A stretch of DNA of 64,000 bases. Origin: the human T2T-CHM13v2.0 reference genome, Homo sapiens. Positions within the stretch are counted from its first letter, which is position 1; the number at the start of each line of letters is the position of its first letter. The stretch lies in the NCBI RefSeq assembly GCF_009914755.1, contig NC_060935.1, one strand, 5' to 3'. The notes under the pieces are model-generated. The model saw only the letters and a program-made list of their open reading frames with translations. It was not told the origin of the DNA and made no database searches. The translations under genes and the position numbers were made by a program. Shown in pieces: positions 45,276 through 58,050 of this stretch.

Positions 45276-48200
45276 AAGACTCTATTTCTTAACTTTTCCA
45301 CTCCTCAATATTTTAACTATTTGTTGTTACTATTTATATCTGAATGTACTGGCTATGTCTTGAAAAGTTATAGTCATTATTTTTGTTTGGTTCATCATTT
45401 CATCTTTCTTCTTAAGTCACAGTATTATAATATTTTGTGTTTTTCTGTGTACTTACTGTTAACAGTGAGTTTTGTACCTTCACATGATTTCTTACTGCTC
45501 ATTAATGTCCTTTTTTCTGATTAAAGTACTCTGTTTAGCATTTCTTGTAGGACAGGTCTGGTGCTGATGAAATCCCTCAGCTTTTGTTTGTCTAATGAAG
45601 TCTTTATTTCTCCATCATGTTTGAAGGACGATTTAGCCAGATATACCATTCTAGGGTAAAATTTTTTTTTCCCTTTAGCACTTTAAATGTGTCATGCCAC
45701 TCTCTCTTGTACTTTAAGGTTTTCACTGAAAGGTCTGCTACCAGATGTTTGGGATCTCCATTATATGCTATTTATTTATTTTCTCTTGCTGCTTTTAGGA
45801 TCCTTTCTTTATCCTTGACTTTTGGATGTTTGATTATTAAATGCCTTGAGGTACTCTTCTTTGGGTTACATCTGATTGGTGTTCTATAACCATTCTGTAC
45901 TTGGATATTTATTTCTTTCTCTATGTTTGGGAAGTCCTTTGTTATTATTCCTTTGAATAAATATTTTTACCTCTGTCTCTCTCTCTCCTCTCTCTTTAAA
46001 GGCAATAACTCTTACATTTGCCATTTTGAGGCTATTTTCTAGATCCTGTAAGCATGCTTCGTTGTTTTTTATTCTCTTTTCTTTTGTCTACTCTGACTGT
46101 GTGTTTTCAAATAGCCTGTCTTCATGCTCACTAATTCTTTCTTCTGCTTAATCAATTCTGCTATTAAGAGACTCTGATGCATCTTTCAGTATGCCAATTG
46201 CATTTCTCAACTTCAGAATTTTTGCTTGAGTATTTTTAATTATTTCAATTTCTTTGCTAAATTTATCTCATAAATTTCTGAACCCCTTCTCTCTTCTCTG
46301 AATTTCTTTGAATTTCCTCAAAACAACTAGTTTGAATTCTCTGTTTGAAGTCACATATCTCTGTTTCTCCAGGATTGGTCCCTGATGTCTTATTTAATTC
46401 ATTTGGTGAAGTCATGTTTTCATGGATTATCTTGATACTTGTAGATGTTCTTCAGAATTTGGGCATTGAAGAGTTAGGTATTCATTTTAGTTTTCACAGT
46501 CTGGGTTTGTTTTTGTCTATGCTTCTTGGGAAGGCTTTCCAGATATTTGAAAGGATTTTGATGTTGTGATCTAAGCTGTATCTGCTTTAAGAGGGTCACC
46601 AAGCCCAGCAATGCTGTATTTTTTGTAGATTCTCAGAGGTACCACCTTCATGGTCTTAGACAAGATACGAAAGCATTCTCTGGATTACTAGGCAGAGATT
46701 CTTGTGCTCGTCCCTTACTTTCTTCCAAACAAATAGAGTATCTCTCTCTGTTCTAAGCAACCTAAGCTGGGGGTGAAATGATGCAAAAATTCCTGTGGCC
46801 ACCACTTCTAGGACTGCACTGGATTAGATCTGGAGCCAGCACAGCTCTGGGTCTCACCAAAGGTCTGCTGTAATCACTCCCTGGCTATTGCATATGTTTG
46901 CTCAAAACCTGGGAGCTCTACAATTAGCAGATGGCAAAGCCAGCCAGGCCTATGCTTTTTCCTTTAGGGTGGCAAGTTCTCTCATGACCTGAGCAGATCC
47001 TAGTGCCCAGATGACATTTCTAAACATACCCTGGGCCAAAAGGGAACCTGCTGCCTTGAACGGAAGGATCCAGTCCTGACAGGATTTATCACCTGCTAAC
47101 TGAAGAGCCCTTGGGCCCTGAAAAACCAGCATCAATACCCAGGCATTATGTTAAGGGCCTTGGGTGAGCCTCTCAGACTTGCTGGTTTCGGGTGAGACTC
47201 AGCACATTCCCAGTTATGATGGCTATGGGACGAGACTACTTCTGCTTGAGAAAAGTGGAGGGAAAAGTAAAGGGAATTTGTCTTGCACCTTAGGTACCAG
47301 CCTGGGCACAGAAAGGTAGAGCAACAAGCAGGCTCTTGAGGTTCCCAATTCCAGGACTTGGTTCTTGCACAGCATTTTTGGACCGAGTGTAGTGTAAATG
47401 TTTCTTGTGCACACTGGGGAGTCATGAATAGCTTTGTAAATGAGGATCACAGAAAATGAACTTCAGATTCTTCAGTGCTATCCCAGGCTGGAGGGCCAAA
47501 TGGGAGCCTACTGCCCTGAAGGGTATGTCCCAGGCCAGGCAGCATTCACAAGCTGACTGAAGAGCCCTTGGGCCTTAATGGAATATCAGTAGTAGTCTGA
47601 CAGTACTCCCCACGAGCCTGGAGTGGCAGTGGCAATAGAGTGAGGTTCTCCTTCCTTTGGAAAGGGGAGGGAAGATTGGGAAGGGTTGCAATTTGTTGTT
47701 TGAGTGCCATCTCAGTGGCAATACAACAGAACACCGGGTAGACTTCTAAGGCTTTTGACTATAGTCCCTGACTCCCTCTGGACATGCTCAGGACATGACA
47801 GAAATTGCCACCCTGAAGGGAAGGGTGTAGGCCTGGCTGACTTTACCATCTGCTAAGAGCAATAAGCAGGCTCTTAAGGTCCCCAATTCCAGAACTTGGC
47901 TCTTGGAGAGCATTTCTAGACCGAGTCTAGTGTGAATGTTTCCTGCACACAGTGGGGAGTCATGAATACCTTTGTGAATGAGGATCAGAGAAACTGAACT
48001 ATAGTTTTTCCAGTGCTGTTCCAGGGTGGCGATCAGTCTGCCATTACATGTACTCCCTAGTCTGACACCAAATATGCAGGCAGTCCTGTACAATTGCACC
48101 ATTACGATCAGTAGATCCAAATAAGCAAAGCCATAGAAAGGGGCTGCCTGCAACCCTGACATTTCCTATAAAGCTGTGGCATCCTGTGGGGCCTTGGAAA

Positions 48201-49114
48201 GTAATCACACTGATGTTAATTGATGTCAAGTGGAGAGCATTTTTAGTGATTTTGAAGATCAAAAGAAAATCCTTTAATAGTAATTTTCAAGATCAGACCA
48301 CGTGGCAGCTGTAAGGAATGAAGAAGCCAGTGCCAGTGAACTCACTTATTACTGTAGGGGTCTACTGGTCACCAAGGTCATCTCCACTTGGATGTGCCCA
48401 GTCAGCAGGCAGATATAGCTTAATCATTGTCCCTCCAAGGGCAACTCCAAGTCTGAAGCCTGTCATAGGGAGACAGAGAATCAGAGAAGGCTAGTGCTGA
48501 TGAGTGCTCAGAAGCCATTATCTGTCCCTGCTTCTGGCAAATAGAGGATCAGAGCCACAGACTGCAAAGCAGAGAAGACTTAATCATGGAGCCCAGGAAC
48601 CAATGAAGACAGCTGAGCACTGTAAGGGACAGAGAATTGTAGCCTAAGGCTCTACGCTCTGTCACCATATTTTCCAAATAAAAAAGCCAGGGCATGTACT
48701 CTGACAAAGGATATATTCCTACTTGTGATTAATTTTCATGGAAAGGCAAAGGGAGAAAACATTTACAGTATAAACTGTCCTGGAAAATTCACATGGAAAA
48801 TGGATGCACAGTCTTACAGACAAACTGTAGGAGGACAGGGAATCAATTGGCTGCAGTGGTTTGGGAGGAAACCGTTCCAAGTTGCAGTTCTGTGTTTGAA
48901 AGGATAAAAGTGCCAGCCACAGCAGGAAAAAAGAGAGAAAGTGTGACATATCCTAAAGTATGCCTGTCATAGAGTATGCATTCAATAAATATTTATTACT
49001 GAATAAATGAATAAATAAATTGATAGCTACGAACTGCACAAGGAATATCATCTGTGCTAGAGGCAGATAAGCAATGATGTTCCCAGGCTATAGAAAGAAT
49101 TGCAGCCATTCCCC

Positions 49115-49280
49115 AGGCCTTCCTGTTCAAAGTATGGTCACTGAGCAGCAGCAGTGGCATCACCTGGGAACTTGTCAGAAATGCAAAAATTTGGAATCCA
49201 CTGTGACCTACTGAGTTAGAGCTTACATTTTAATCAGCTCTCCAGGTGATCAAGTCCACTTTAAAATTTGAGAAGCACTG
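49115..49280. mobile_element. MER5A hAT-Charlie MITE
   Basis: ggcatcacctgggaacttgtcagaaatgcaaa...ccaggtgat...aatttgagaagcactg. Confidence 0.85.
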
Positions 49281-49599
49281 CTTTAAAGGCATGCCCAGTA
49301 CAGGAAGTAAGAAAGACAGATGCATAGGAACCCGCCGTGTGTGGGAACAGTCTGAGTACTGGGTAATCCGAGACCTAAACAATCATAGTTTAAGAGCTGT
49401 GAGGAAAGGTAGTTAAAAATCACAGGTTTCCTTAAGGACAAACCCACAGAATGAAGTATAAACAGAAACAACCACAAGTTGAGAGAGGTGATTATAGTCA
49501 GATGTTGTGTAAGAAACAGACCAGGCACAGGAACAGAATAAATGAGAACTGTCTAATGTAAGGGTCTACACACATCTAAATAAATCAATAAAAATTGAA

Positions 49600-50136
49600 T
49601 TTAAAAATTTCCCTGGTGCCAAACATAAAAGAGAACTCCCTGCCACCTTTTTTTTTTTTTTTAGCATTCCTTTGGAGAACTTGGAATTATAAATGCTTTC
49701 TGTGACTGTTTGAGCTGCATGTAAATCTTTTTAAAAGCTAAATAAGCATCTTAACAGTTTTGCTTCCCAGGAATGCCTTTCTTGTGGGCATTAAAATGTG
49801 ACCATCAGGGAGGGTGCTGCCCTGTCTCCCTGCCTCTGAGGGAGTTTATCTTAGGTGCCAGCTCCAAGCTGGAACTAACTGCTCACCATAAAATTAAAGT
49901 CTTATTTTTCCATGGTTAGAAACAATTAACATGTATGTAATAGATTGTATCTGTCTAGAAACATAATTGGTGAGATTTCTTTGTGTTTTGCAATCTCTTC
50001 AGTGGACTGTCTGTGACCCACATCGCAGTCTGGTTTAATGCTTGATTATTAATAAGACTTCATTCATTTTTCCATTTTGTGATGATGATCATTTTGAGTT
50101 AGCAGGATGTTTTACTTTTAATTATTTCCCCAGCAG
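49600..50136 (+). mobile_element. ERV1-class LTR, MER34-like
   Basis: atgtaaatctttttaaaagctaaataagc..cccaggaatg; ends ttttaattatttccccagca. Confidence 0.7.
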
Positions 50137-50398
50137 CAATAATGGGGGTAAGAATTGGACAGTCTGTTATTGACTCTGTGTAGGTAAAATGATTCTCATT
50201 TCAACTGTTGAAGGACAGCAGAGTCAAAGAGGATGGTGGTTTGATTTGCATCTGAGAGTTCATGATATATAGTAATAGGTTTTCATTACATCTCTTAAAA
50301 TGGAATTAAAACTGTTTGATGGTATAAAAGCAGGAATTGCTTTTTAGGTAGAAGAGACACAGTTCTGAGAGTCTAAATCTCTTGAGAACCTTCCCTTC

Positions 50399-51022
50399 TG
50401 TGGGAACAAAGGTCCTAAAGGTTTGCTGAGAAAACACTGACATGATGCAGATTGATTAATAGGAGAAAAAGCATACAAATCTATTTAATGTGTATGCATG
50501 GGAACCTTCAGAATAAAGACCAAAAGATACAGAGGAAATTGTAAATTTTTATGCTTAGGTTCAAGAAAGCACGGACAGCCATGTGGGAAGCATGGCTGGG
50601 CAAAGAGGGTGTGATCTAATGTTAATAGACAGATTGGGGAAACTCAGCAAGGCCTGTATGTCTAGATTCTTCTTGGCCTTTCTGAGCATGCGTTCCTTCT
50701 TTCTGGGTATGGGGCAGGACCCTCTCTAGAATGGGGGCTTTATGACCTGCAGTCAAACAAGGTAGGTCAGATAATTTCCTTATGGCCAGTTTTTACACAG
50801 AAAGGCAGAAGAAAACTTAGAGCAATATTTTTAGGTTTTATGACTAGCTTTGGGAAAAAGGAGTTCCAGTTTCTATGACCTGCCTTAGGGATGACGGATT
50901 CTGGTTTCTATAGCTGCTTTAGGGGAGAATGGGACTGAGAGACAGAAGGCCAGAAGAAGGTCAGAGATAAACTTTTGCATCTGAGATTTTCATTTTGAGA
51001 TTTTGTTTTCTGAGCCCCAACA
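50399..51022 (-). mobile_element. ERV1-class solo LTR, LTR48/LTR49-like
   Basis: TG...CA ends; minus strand begins TGTTGGGGCTCAGAAAAC, then ctctgaccttc..ctgtctctcagtcccattctccc. Confidence 0.75.
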
Positions 51023-51254
51023 TCTCAAACTGGCAAGAATAGTGGTCTGTCTGGTTCTCAAAGTCATGATGATGGCCCTGTGGAAAGCAAGCCTGAGCAC
51101 CCTACCCTTGCCACCACAGGAACCCTGCCTCTGAGGGCCTGGACACAATCAGATGCCCTGGCTCACTGATTTTGCCCGAAGGGGTTATAGCCCAGAGCAG
51201 CAGGATTATCTTTGAAGCTGGTACCTCTCCTCCAGAAGATCCCCACAAGTGTTT

Positions 51255-51835
51255 GTTTGTTCCCTCAAATAGTTATTAAACATCCTGTGGTACCAGGGTC
51301 AGCACTAGGTACTGGTGGTATATACTAAATAAAGCTCAGGTCTTACTCTCAAAGAGCTCCTAGTTTCTCAAGGAAGAAGAACCTATCAATGATTATGGCA
51401 GAGGGTGGTAAGTGCCATTATGAGTTCTGCACAAAAAAATGGTAAAAGTTCTGAGGGAAACTGACAGCTTGGGGAAGGGTCAGGGAAGTCTTCTAAAAGG
51501 GAAGACAGCTGATCCCTGTCTTGCAGCTGGAAATCCAATCTCTCTAGCCTTGGCTCTCACATTTCTTCTCTGTGGCCTGGCTAGTTCCTAAGATCTAAAC
51601 TTTCTAAGTCTCAGCTTATGTAACCTCCACCAGGATGCCTTCAGTGGCCCTGCGAAGCTAGGATAGATGATGCTTTTGTATGCCTCATGAAGCCCTGCCA
51701 GTCAGCCTCACAATACATTGTGAGCTCCTTTAGGGCAGGGACGTTTTTGTACTCACCTCTGTATCTTCTGCGCCTAGCATGGTGCCTGGCATACAGGTAG
51801 TAAGTACTTAATACATACCTGTGAAATGACAGAAT
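51255..51835. mobile_element. Two L2 fragments (minus 51255-51530; plus 51570-51835)
   Basis: tgtgagctcctttagggcagggac...cctagcatggtgcctggcata L2 3' end. Confidence 0.7.
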
Positions 51836-53169
51836 GTTAGGTGAAAAGCAGTTATTGAGGTGTGTGAAAGAGGAGGTTTGGGAGGAAAGGGGCATTATTG
51901 ACATTATCAATAGAGGAAACAGCATGAACGTATGAATTCATAGAATACATGAAGTATTCTATGTAATGAATGACAAATACTTCCAAGTTGCCAGAGCATA
52001 CATTGCAAGGGAGAAAGTGGCAGGAGATACAACTGGGAAATTAAGCAGACAGTGTGCTTCAGTCTAATGGTAAATGGAGTCAAGTGCCCTCCTCCATTGA
52101 TCTCTGTTTCCCTTTGACAGTTTCTGGGAGGATTGTCCATTAAAATTGACATCTGCTTAATGTGTACATAGTACAGATGAGTCTCCCATGTGACCCACAG
52201 GGTTGCAATATTTCCAGAAGTGGAATTAGAAAACAAATACGCTGGTCTTAAGTGCAGCCCATTGTGAACCGCTGGGCAACCTTCCCCAGAAAGAGAGTAT
52301 TCATCTCAGAGGGGATCCTCATGCAAATTAGATTCAGGAATTTGGCACAACATGCAACCACAAATATATAATTAGCACCTAATATGTTGCAGAATGTCTG
52401 ACAAGACCCTGCTTGGCTAATAGGAGTTTTCATCACAAGTGTGTTTATGGACAAGGTCCATGGTGATGGAAGATACCCAGACATTAAATCATTTACAGCT
52501 TAGTATCTTTGTATCCTGATCTAACCCAGTTTTGAGACTTAGTACAGTATAATCATTAGTGGGACAAGAGCTGACCTCAGTAGTGATATTGGGAGGAACC
52601 AAGGAAATCAGGCAGGGTGGTGCATTGAGATAGATCTGGATGAGGTGTCAGAGGATCTGAATTCTGTTCCTTGCTCTGTCTGAAATGAGTTCTGTGTTCA
52701 CTGACAAGCCATATACCTGTCTGACTCCCACATGCCTTAACACGAAACAAGTTTTCACTGAGTTGTTTTGAGAATAAAATGAGATCTTGGATGTAGAACT
52801 CTAAAATAATAAACAATTGTGGCATTTTGTTACTAATAAAAAAATCAGTGCTGAAACTGACGAAGCAGTCACTATGAGAGTAGCCCAATGCCAGGGGAAG
52901 TAGGGGATACAGAGAAGTAAAGCTTCCTATTCCCACCTTCAAGATTTTGTTTTGTTTTACGTTGACAGTAAAGACAAAACCAACATGTACATCTAATAGA
53001 GAGCAATTAAGCACTGACATTTAATGAAATCTGAGTTCAAATAAGAGAGTAATTATTGAGAGATGGAGTTGCTAAGGAAGGCTGCAAGCTGAATGAGTTT
53101 ACCTTTTCTTTTTTCCTCCCTTATCTTTCTCTAATCTCACTTTGAGAAAAAAACTGTCACAAGTCTCCA

Positions 53170-54220
53170 CACTTAATCGTCATAAAAACTCCCAGCAAAC
53201 CAGAACTAGAAGGGAACTACCTTAATTTGACAAAATTTACTTATGGAAAAACCTACAACAAATGTAATATTTAATGATTACATTCAAGGCTGTCTGATCT
53301 CACACATTAATTTAACACTCTACTGGAGGCTCTGACAATCCAGTGAGGCATGAAAGGTTAATAAATGTCATTAAGTTCGGGAAAAAAATGTGCAGCTCTC
53401 TTATTGCAGGAAACATTACTGTCTATAGAAAATGCTAAGGAAACTACAAAGAAATTAATAGAACAATAGGTGAGTGTATCAAGGTTGCAAGATACAAAGT
53501 CAATATACAAAATTAATTGTAGTTTTGTATATTAGCAGAAAATTTCAAAAATAAAAATATTTACAGTATCTTCAAAAGATAAGCAGAGAACACTTAGGTA
53601 TAAATTCAATAAAATATGCTCAATACCTGTACACTTAAAACTACTAAAGTTTGCTAAGAGAAATTAAGAAGACCTCCTGAATAAATGCAAGATACACTAT
53701 GTTCATGAGTTGCAAGACTCAATGGAAAATTATCTTCAGATTATATAAAATTCTAGAGTAAGCCAAAGCAATCTAGAATTGAAAAAATTTATGACACTCC
53801 AGAGAAACAGAATTACTGATTGATCAAGGAATGAGCAGATACATGCATTTACCAAAACTCATGAAGTTTTATATCTAAGAATTTTATGTTTCATTGAATG
53901 TAAATTTTATCTAAGTAAAGAATATAAATCATATTGATCATCTATCTACGCCTCTATCTCTCCTCTCTATCTATCCATACATACATTTGTGTGGTTGTGT
54001 TTTAAATATACATATATTTTTTAGACATAATCATTGAGAGGGTCTAAAAGCTACGAGATACTAGCAGCAAAGAGCACATTTTGAGCCCAGATTTTGATTT
54101 CTAAATATCATTCTCTGGTATAAAGAACTAAATCTCCTTGGAGAAACGAATGACTCCAGAGCTGAGGCAGAGGAACTATGAGCTGATCTTGGGGCATTTT
54201 ATTGTTCTAGAAAGTAAGGA

Positions 54221-54262
<42 letters not shown>

Positions 54263-54620
54263 TCATAATAAAGCAAATGATCAAAATGTACATAAATGGT
54301 AAATCTGGGTAAAAGTTACATAAGATTTTCTTGTACTTTTCTTGCAATTTTTGCGTAAATTTGAAATTATATTACAGTAAAAATTATCAAAAAAGTTGAG
54401 GGCTAATTAAAACAAAAGTCAGAATGATGATAACACCTTTAAGGAAGAAAAGACAGAGGCTATGGGGAAAGGGCATATAGGAGCATATGAAGACTTCTGA
54501 GGTGCTTGGAAATTTTTATTACTTAATCTCAGTATTAAATACCTGATTATCTTATAATTATTACTGACACTCTCAATTTATACCTATTTCTATAGATATG
54601 ATTACTTTCATGAAACAAAA
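53170..54620 (+). mobile_element. Old L1M ORF2 plus L1MC/L1ME 3'UTR fragments
   Basis: caaggttgcaagatacaaagtcaatatacaaaa; gcccagattttgatttctaaata..ctccttggagaaa. Confidence 0.7.
54223..54261. repeat. (AC)19 microsatellite
   Basis: Uninterrupted AC run. Confidence 0.98.
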
Positions 54621-55472
54621 AGAGACACCAATGGGACAATAAGTTAGCATCCAAGATGACACTGTTTATTTGTGATGAAGTCAGGGCTAAAGCCCAAATC
54701 CATCAAGTCTGTTTCTCTGTCAGGTGATAATATTGGCGATGATAACAAAGTTAATATGCAGTTAGCCAGAGAACTCCAAATCCTGACCTCAACCATCCAT
54801 CTTTCTCTACATAGTCCTAAAGGGAAACACATGCACAGAAAAATGCCCTGTTGACTGAGAAGGCAAAACTTTAATACTGACCAGGTTCTTGATCCCTAAA
54901 TGAGTAAGCTAGGCAAAGTGTAGACTTTTTCTAGACTAGAGACGGGCAGGTCTGACAAACATAGAAAGCTAAATGGACTTCTCCATCCCAGTCTCCCTAA
55001 CTATACCAAATTTTTGGATTGTGTGTGATCCTAATGATGAAAAAAAATTTTCACCAGAGCTGCCCACTTGGCAAGAGAAACAAAAAGTCTCCGTCTGTCT
55101 AGGCTTATTTATATTCTGCTAAAGTTTTTTTCATTCCTTAGTAAAAGCTGCCCAATTAGGGTTCTTGCCCTCAACCAAGTAAAAATGATACTTACACTTG
55201 AGAATGGAGTAGAAAGTGAGTTGTGAGCTTGTTCTGGCCAGTAGACAGTATCATCTGTTTTTATTTATAAGCTATCCTAGGGACCAACAATGAGACCACA
55301 GAGGCAGGTATACAACTAGAGATTCACCAGTAGTGTAAATATGAAAAACTTCATATATTAGAGACTGTGGTATCTCATGAATAAGTCCAATCATAACATA
55401 ACATTTCTTTGCCTGCTTTCTTCTTATGTGACTATAAAACGATGTCAACAGTGCATTTAAATTTTCCTGCAG

Positions 55473-55499
55473 AGAGGAAATATGCAGATCACAATGAAG
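55473..55499 (+). other. Candidate 27-nt microexon
   Basis: ttttcctgcAG|agaggaaatatgcagatcacaatgaag|GTAAGA; length is a multiple of 3. Confidence 0.25.
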
Positions 55500-56319
55500 G
55501 TAAGAATATGCTCACAACCATATGTTTGTTCTCACAAAAATATGTGCCAATATAAGAAATGTTCCATTTTGAAGTTTTTGGCACCATGTGGTGGTGGTGG
55601 GTTGAAACTTCCATGGTGGGTTCTTTTGTTGTTTTTTTTCTCCTTTCATATTGTATCTTTACATTTTTCAGTCTAAAGGTTTCTTTACTACCACCTCCTC
55701 CCTTACCTCCTCCCTGCTCCCCAACCTTGATCCTTTGTATTGAGCACATTCCAAACAATGTCATATTTCATATACTTAGAGACAAAGAAAATGGTTGCTT
55801 AGCAACAAGGTCCTGGTAAAAATTTTAAGCATTCTTTTACTTTTACTTTCCATTTAGGGCAATGCTCAGGAAGCTGTTTTCAAGGAGATCCAGGACTAGG
55901 AGAAAAAGTCTTCAAAAAATATCTACCTAAAACAGAGGGAGGAGGGAGGAGGACATTAACTAAGGGCTTGTGGCCACAATGCAAGAGGCATTCTCAGTAA
56001 CAATGAGAATGGAGAGAAAGGATCGGAGAGACTTGGTCTAGGGTGGGACAGAGAGCTTCATCTTTCCATTTTCCGTCTCGTTCCTTTGACTTCTCCAAAG
56101 CTTAACGTGGGATTCAAATGAATTAGCTGAGAATGAAAGGCACAAAGGGAAGCCGGCCCACACTGTATCAGCCACTCAAAGTGATTTTGTTTTGAGAGTT
56201 TTAGGTATAGACTGGGAATGGCAGAAACTGAAAGCTTATTTTGTCTGTTATGAGACCTCCTTAAAATATCTATCTCACCTCTATAGGATGACTATTACTA
56301 TATTTCAACTGATTTTCTA

Positions 56320-58050
56320 TCAGGGACATTTTCCCACATTATTAAATATTACATGAAAATGTGTTTTTTCAGAAACTTATGCTATGGGTATCACAGGACT
56401 GACTTACCTATCCCTGATTGTACGTTTAGTTTATTCTGAGAAACTTGCTTCTCTTAATGTTACTTCTATTAATGTTACTTCTATGAATTTACTCTTATAC
56501 AACTCTCAGAAAATTTCCATAGAAGAGGCAGCCAATAGCAGAATTGATAGATCTGAAAAAGTCTTTTATTTCCAACTTTTAAAATATTCTTGATATATGT
56601 AGGCTAATTGCTTCCAGAAAACTTGTACTAATACACAAGTGAATATTTTCTGATTTGGTGGGAAATAACATGATGATTTATTTAGATATTATTTGGTTAC
56701 TAGTAAGATTGTATATATATTTGTTTGAGTCCATTTATTTTTTAATGAAGTTTCTGATCATGTTATTGCCCATTTAGTTTCCATTTGAGTATTTTTGTTG
56801 ATTTATAAAGCAATTACACAAACACACATTCACACGCACACTCAGGAAGTATTCTTTATACAATGACAAATGAAGTAAGAAGGTGGGGTCACAAGAGGAG
56901 GAGCTAATATAAAGGATATACATTTGTGGTGATATTTGTTGAAAATATTTTTCTCAATTTGTTATTTGCCTTTTACTTTATGGCTTTTATTCCATTTTAT
57001 TTTTGATGTGCAGATGTTTTGTGTGTTTTTATAGCAGATTAAAGAGCACAGTAGTGAAGAACAGAGACTCTGGCCTCTATGATGCATTTGACTCTTGGCT
57101 CTGACATCTCTGTGATGTGTGATTTTCATCAAATTACTTTAACTTTTTTCTGCCTTAGTTTTCTTCTCTATAAGATGAGCATCTTAATAGCTTATGGGGG
57201 ATGATGAGATTTCATCAAATTAAGACATATAGAAAGCATATAGCATGATGCCTGGCACACCACCAATGATACCTGGCACAACACACCAACCACTCAATAA
57301 GTTAAAGTAACTAGCATCATGTCGCAAATATACCAATCTATTCCATTGTGATTTCTCCCATAGCTTTTATGTTCAGAAAGTCCAAATCTCGAGAAAAACT
57401 ATAAAGTGTCTGTTAATCTCTTATTTTCTTCATAATCTACTTATTTATTTAGTTTATTTCTTTAATGCACCAGAATTAATGTTGGTCTATGGTAAGAAGT
57501 GAGTTAACTTTATTTTTCCCCAAAATGTAAAAAAAAAATTTTTTGTTAATTAAACTTCCACTTATCATTTGTTTGTATAATTTCTTTATCTTTTACAAGT
57601 TTTTACATACACTTGGATCTGTTTCTGAATTATCTGTTCTATTCTGTTGTTTTGCCTTTTGATTTCTATTCTAGTGGCATATTGGAAAAAATTAGTACAA
57701 GTTTTAATATTTAGCAGGTGAATTCTGATCTCATCGTTTTTAATATTCTCTTAGCTATTTTTAACTGTGAAATAGTTCAGGTGGTTACTTGAACCATTTT
57801 AATGTACTAAAAATATTATTGAGATTTTGAATAGGATTATTCTTATCTATTAATTGATTTAGGGAGACAGTTTTAAAATATTTTTTAAAAATTTAATTTT
57901 TTAGTTGCAAAATCCTCACTTATATCTCCCAATGGATTTTTTTAGTGTTTTCACAAAGCTTCCCACACATTTCTTGATATTATTAAAAGTTAATATTTTT
58001 TGCTAATTGTAAAAATAATTTTCTTTCTTTGTATATCTAACTAGATGTAG
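56320..58050 (-). mobile_element. Ancient L1ME fragments with a MIR inserted at ~57040-57310 (+)
   Basis: T-rich L1-like motifs (ttggatctgtttctgaattatctgttctattc); MIR core gccttagttttcttctctataagatg. Confidence 0.6.

Noticed and set aside
47040-47860. Recurring units (ctgaagagcccttgggcc; ctgccctgaaggg) resembling a repeat-spacer array
   Set aside because: Native tandem subunits of old L1 5'UTRs in human DNA; not CRISPR
55559-55819. Proline-rich ORF (LPPPPLPPP)
   Set aside because: It arises from a short CCT-rich tract; no good donor site and no recognisable homology
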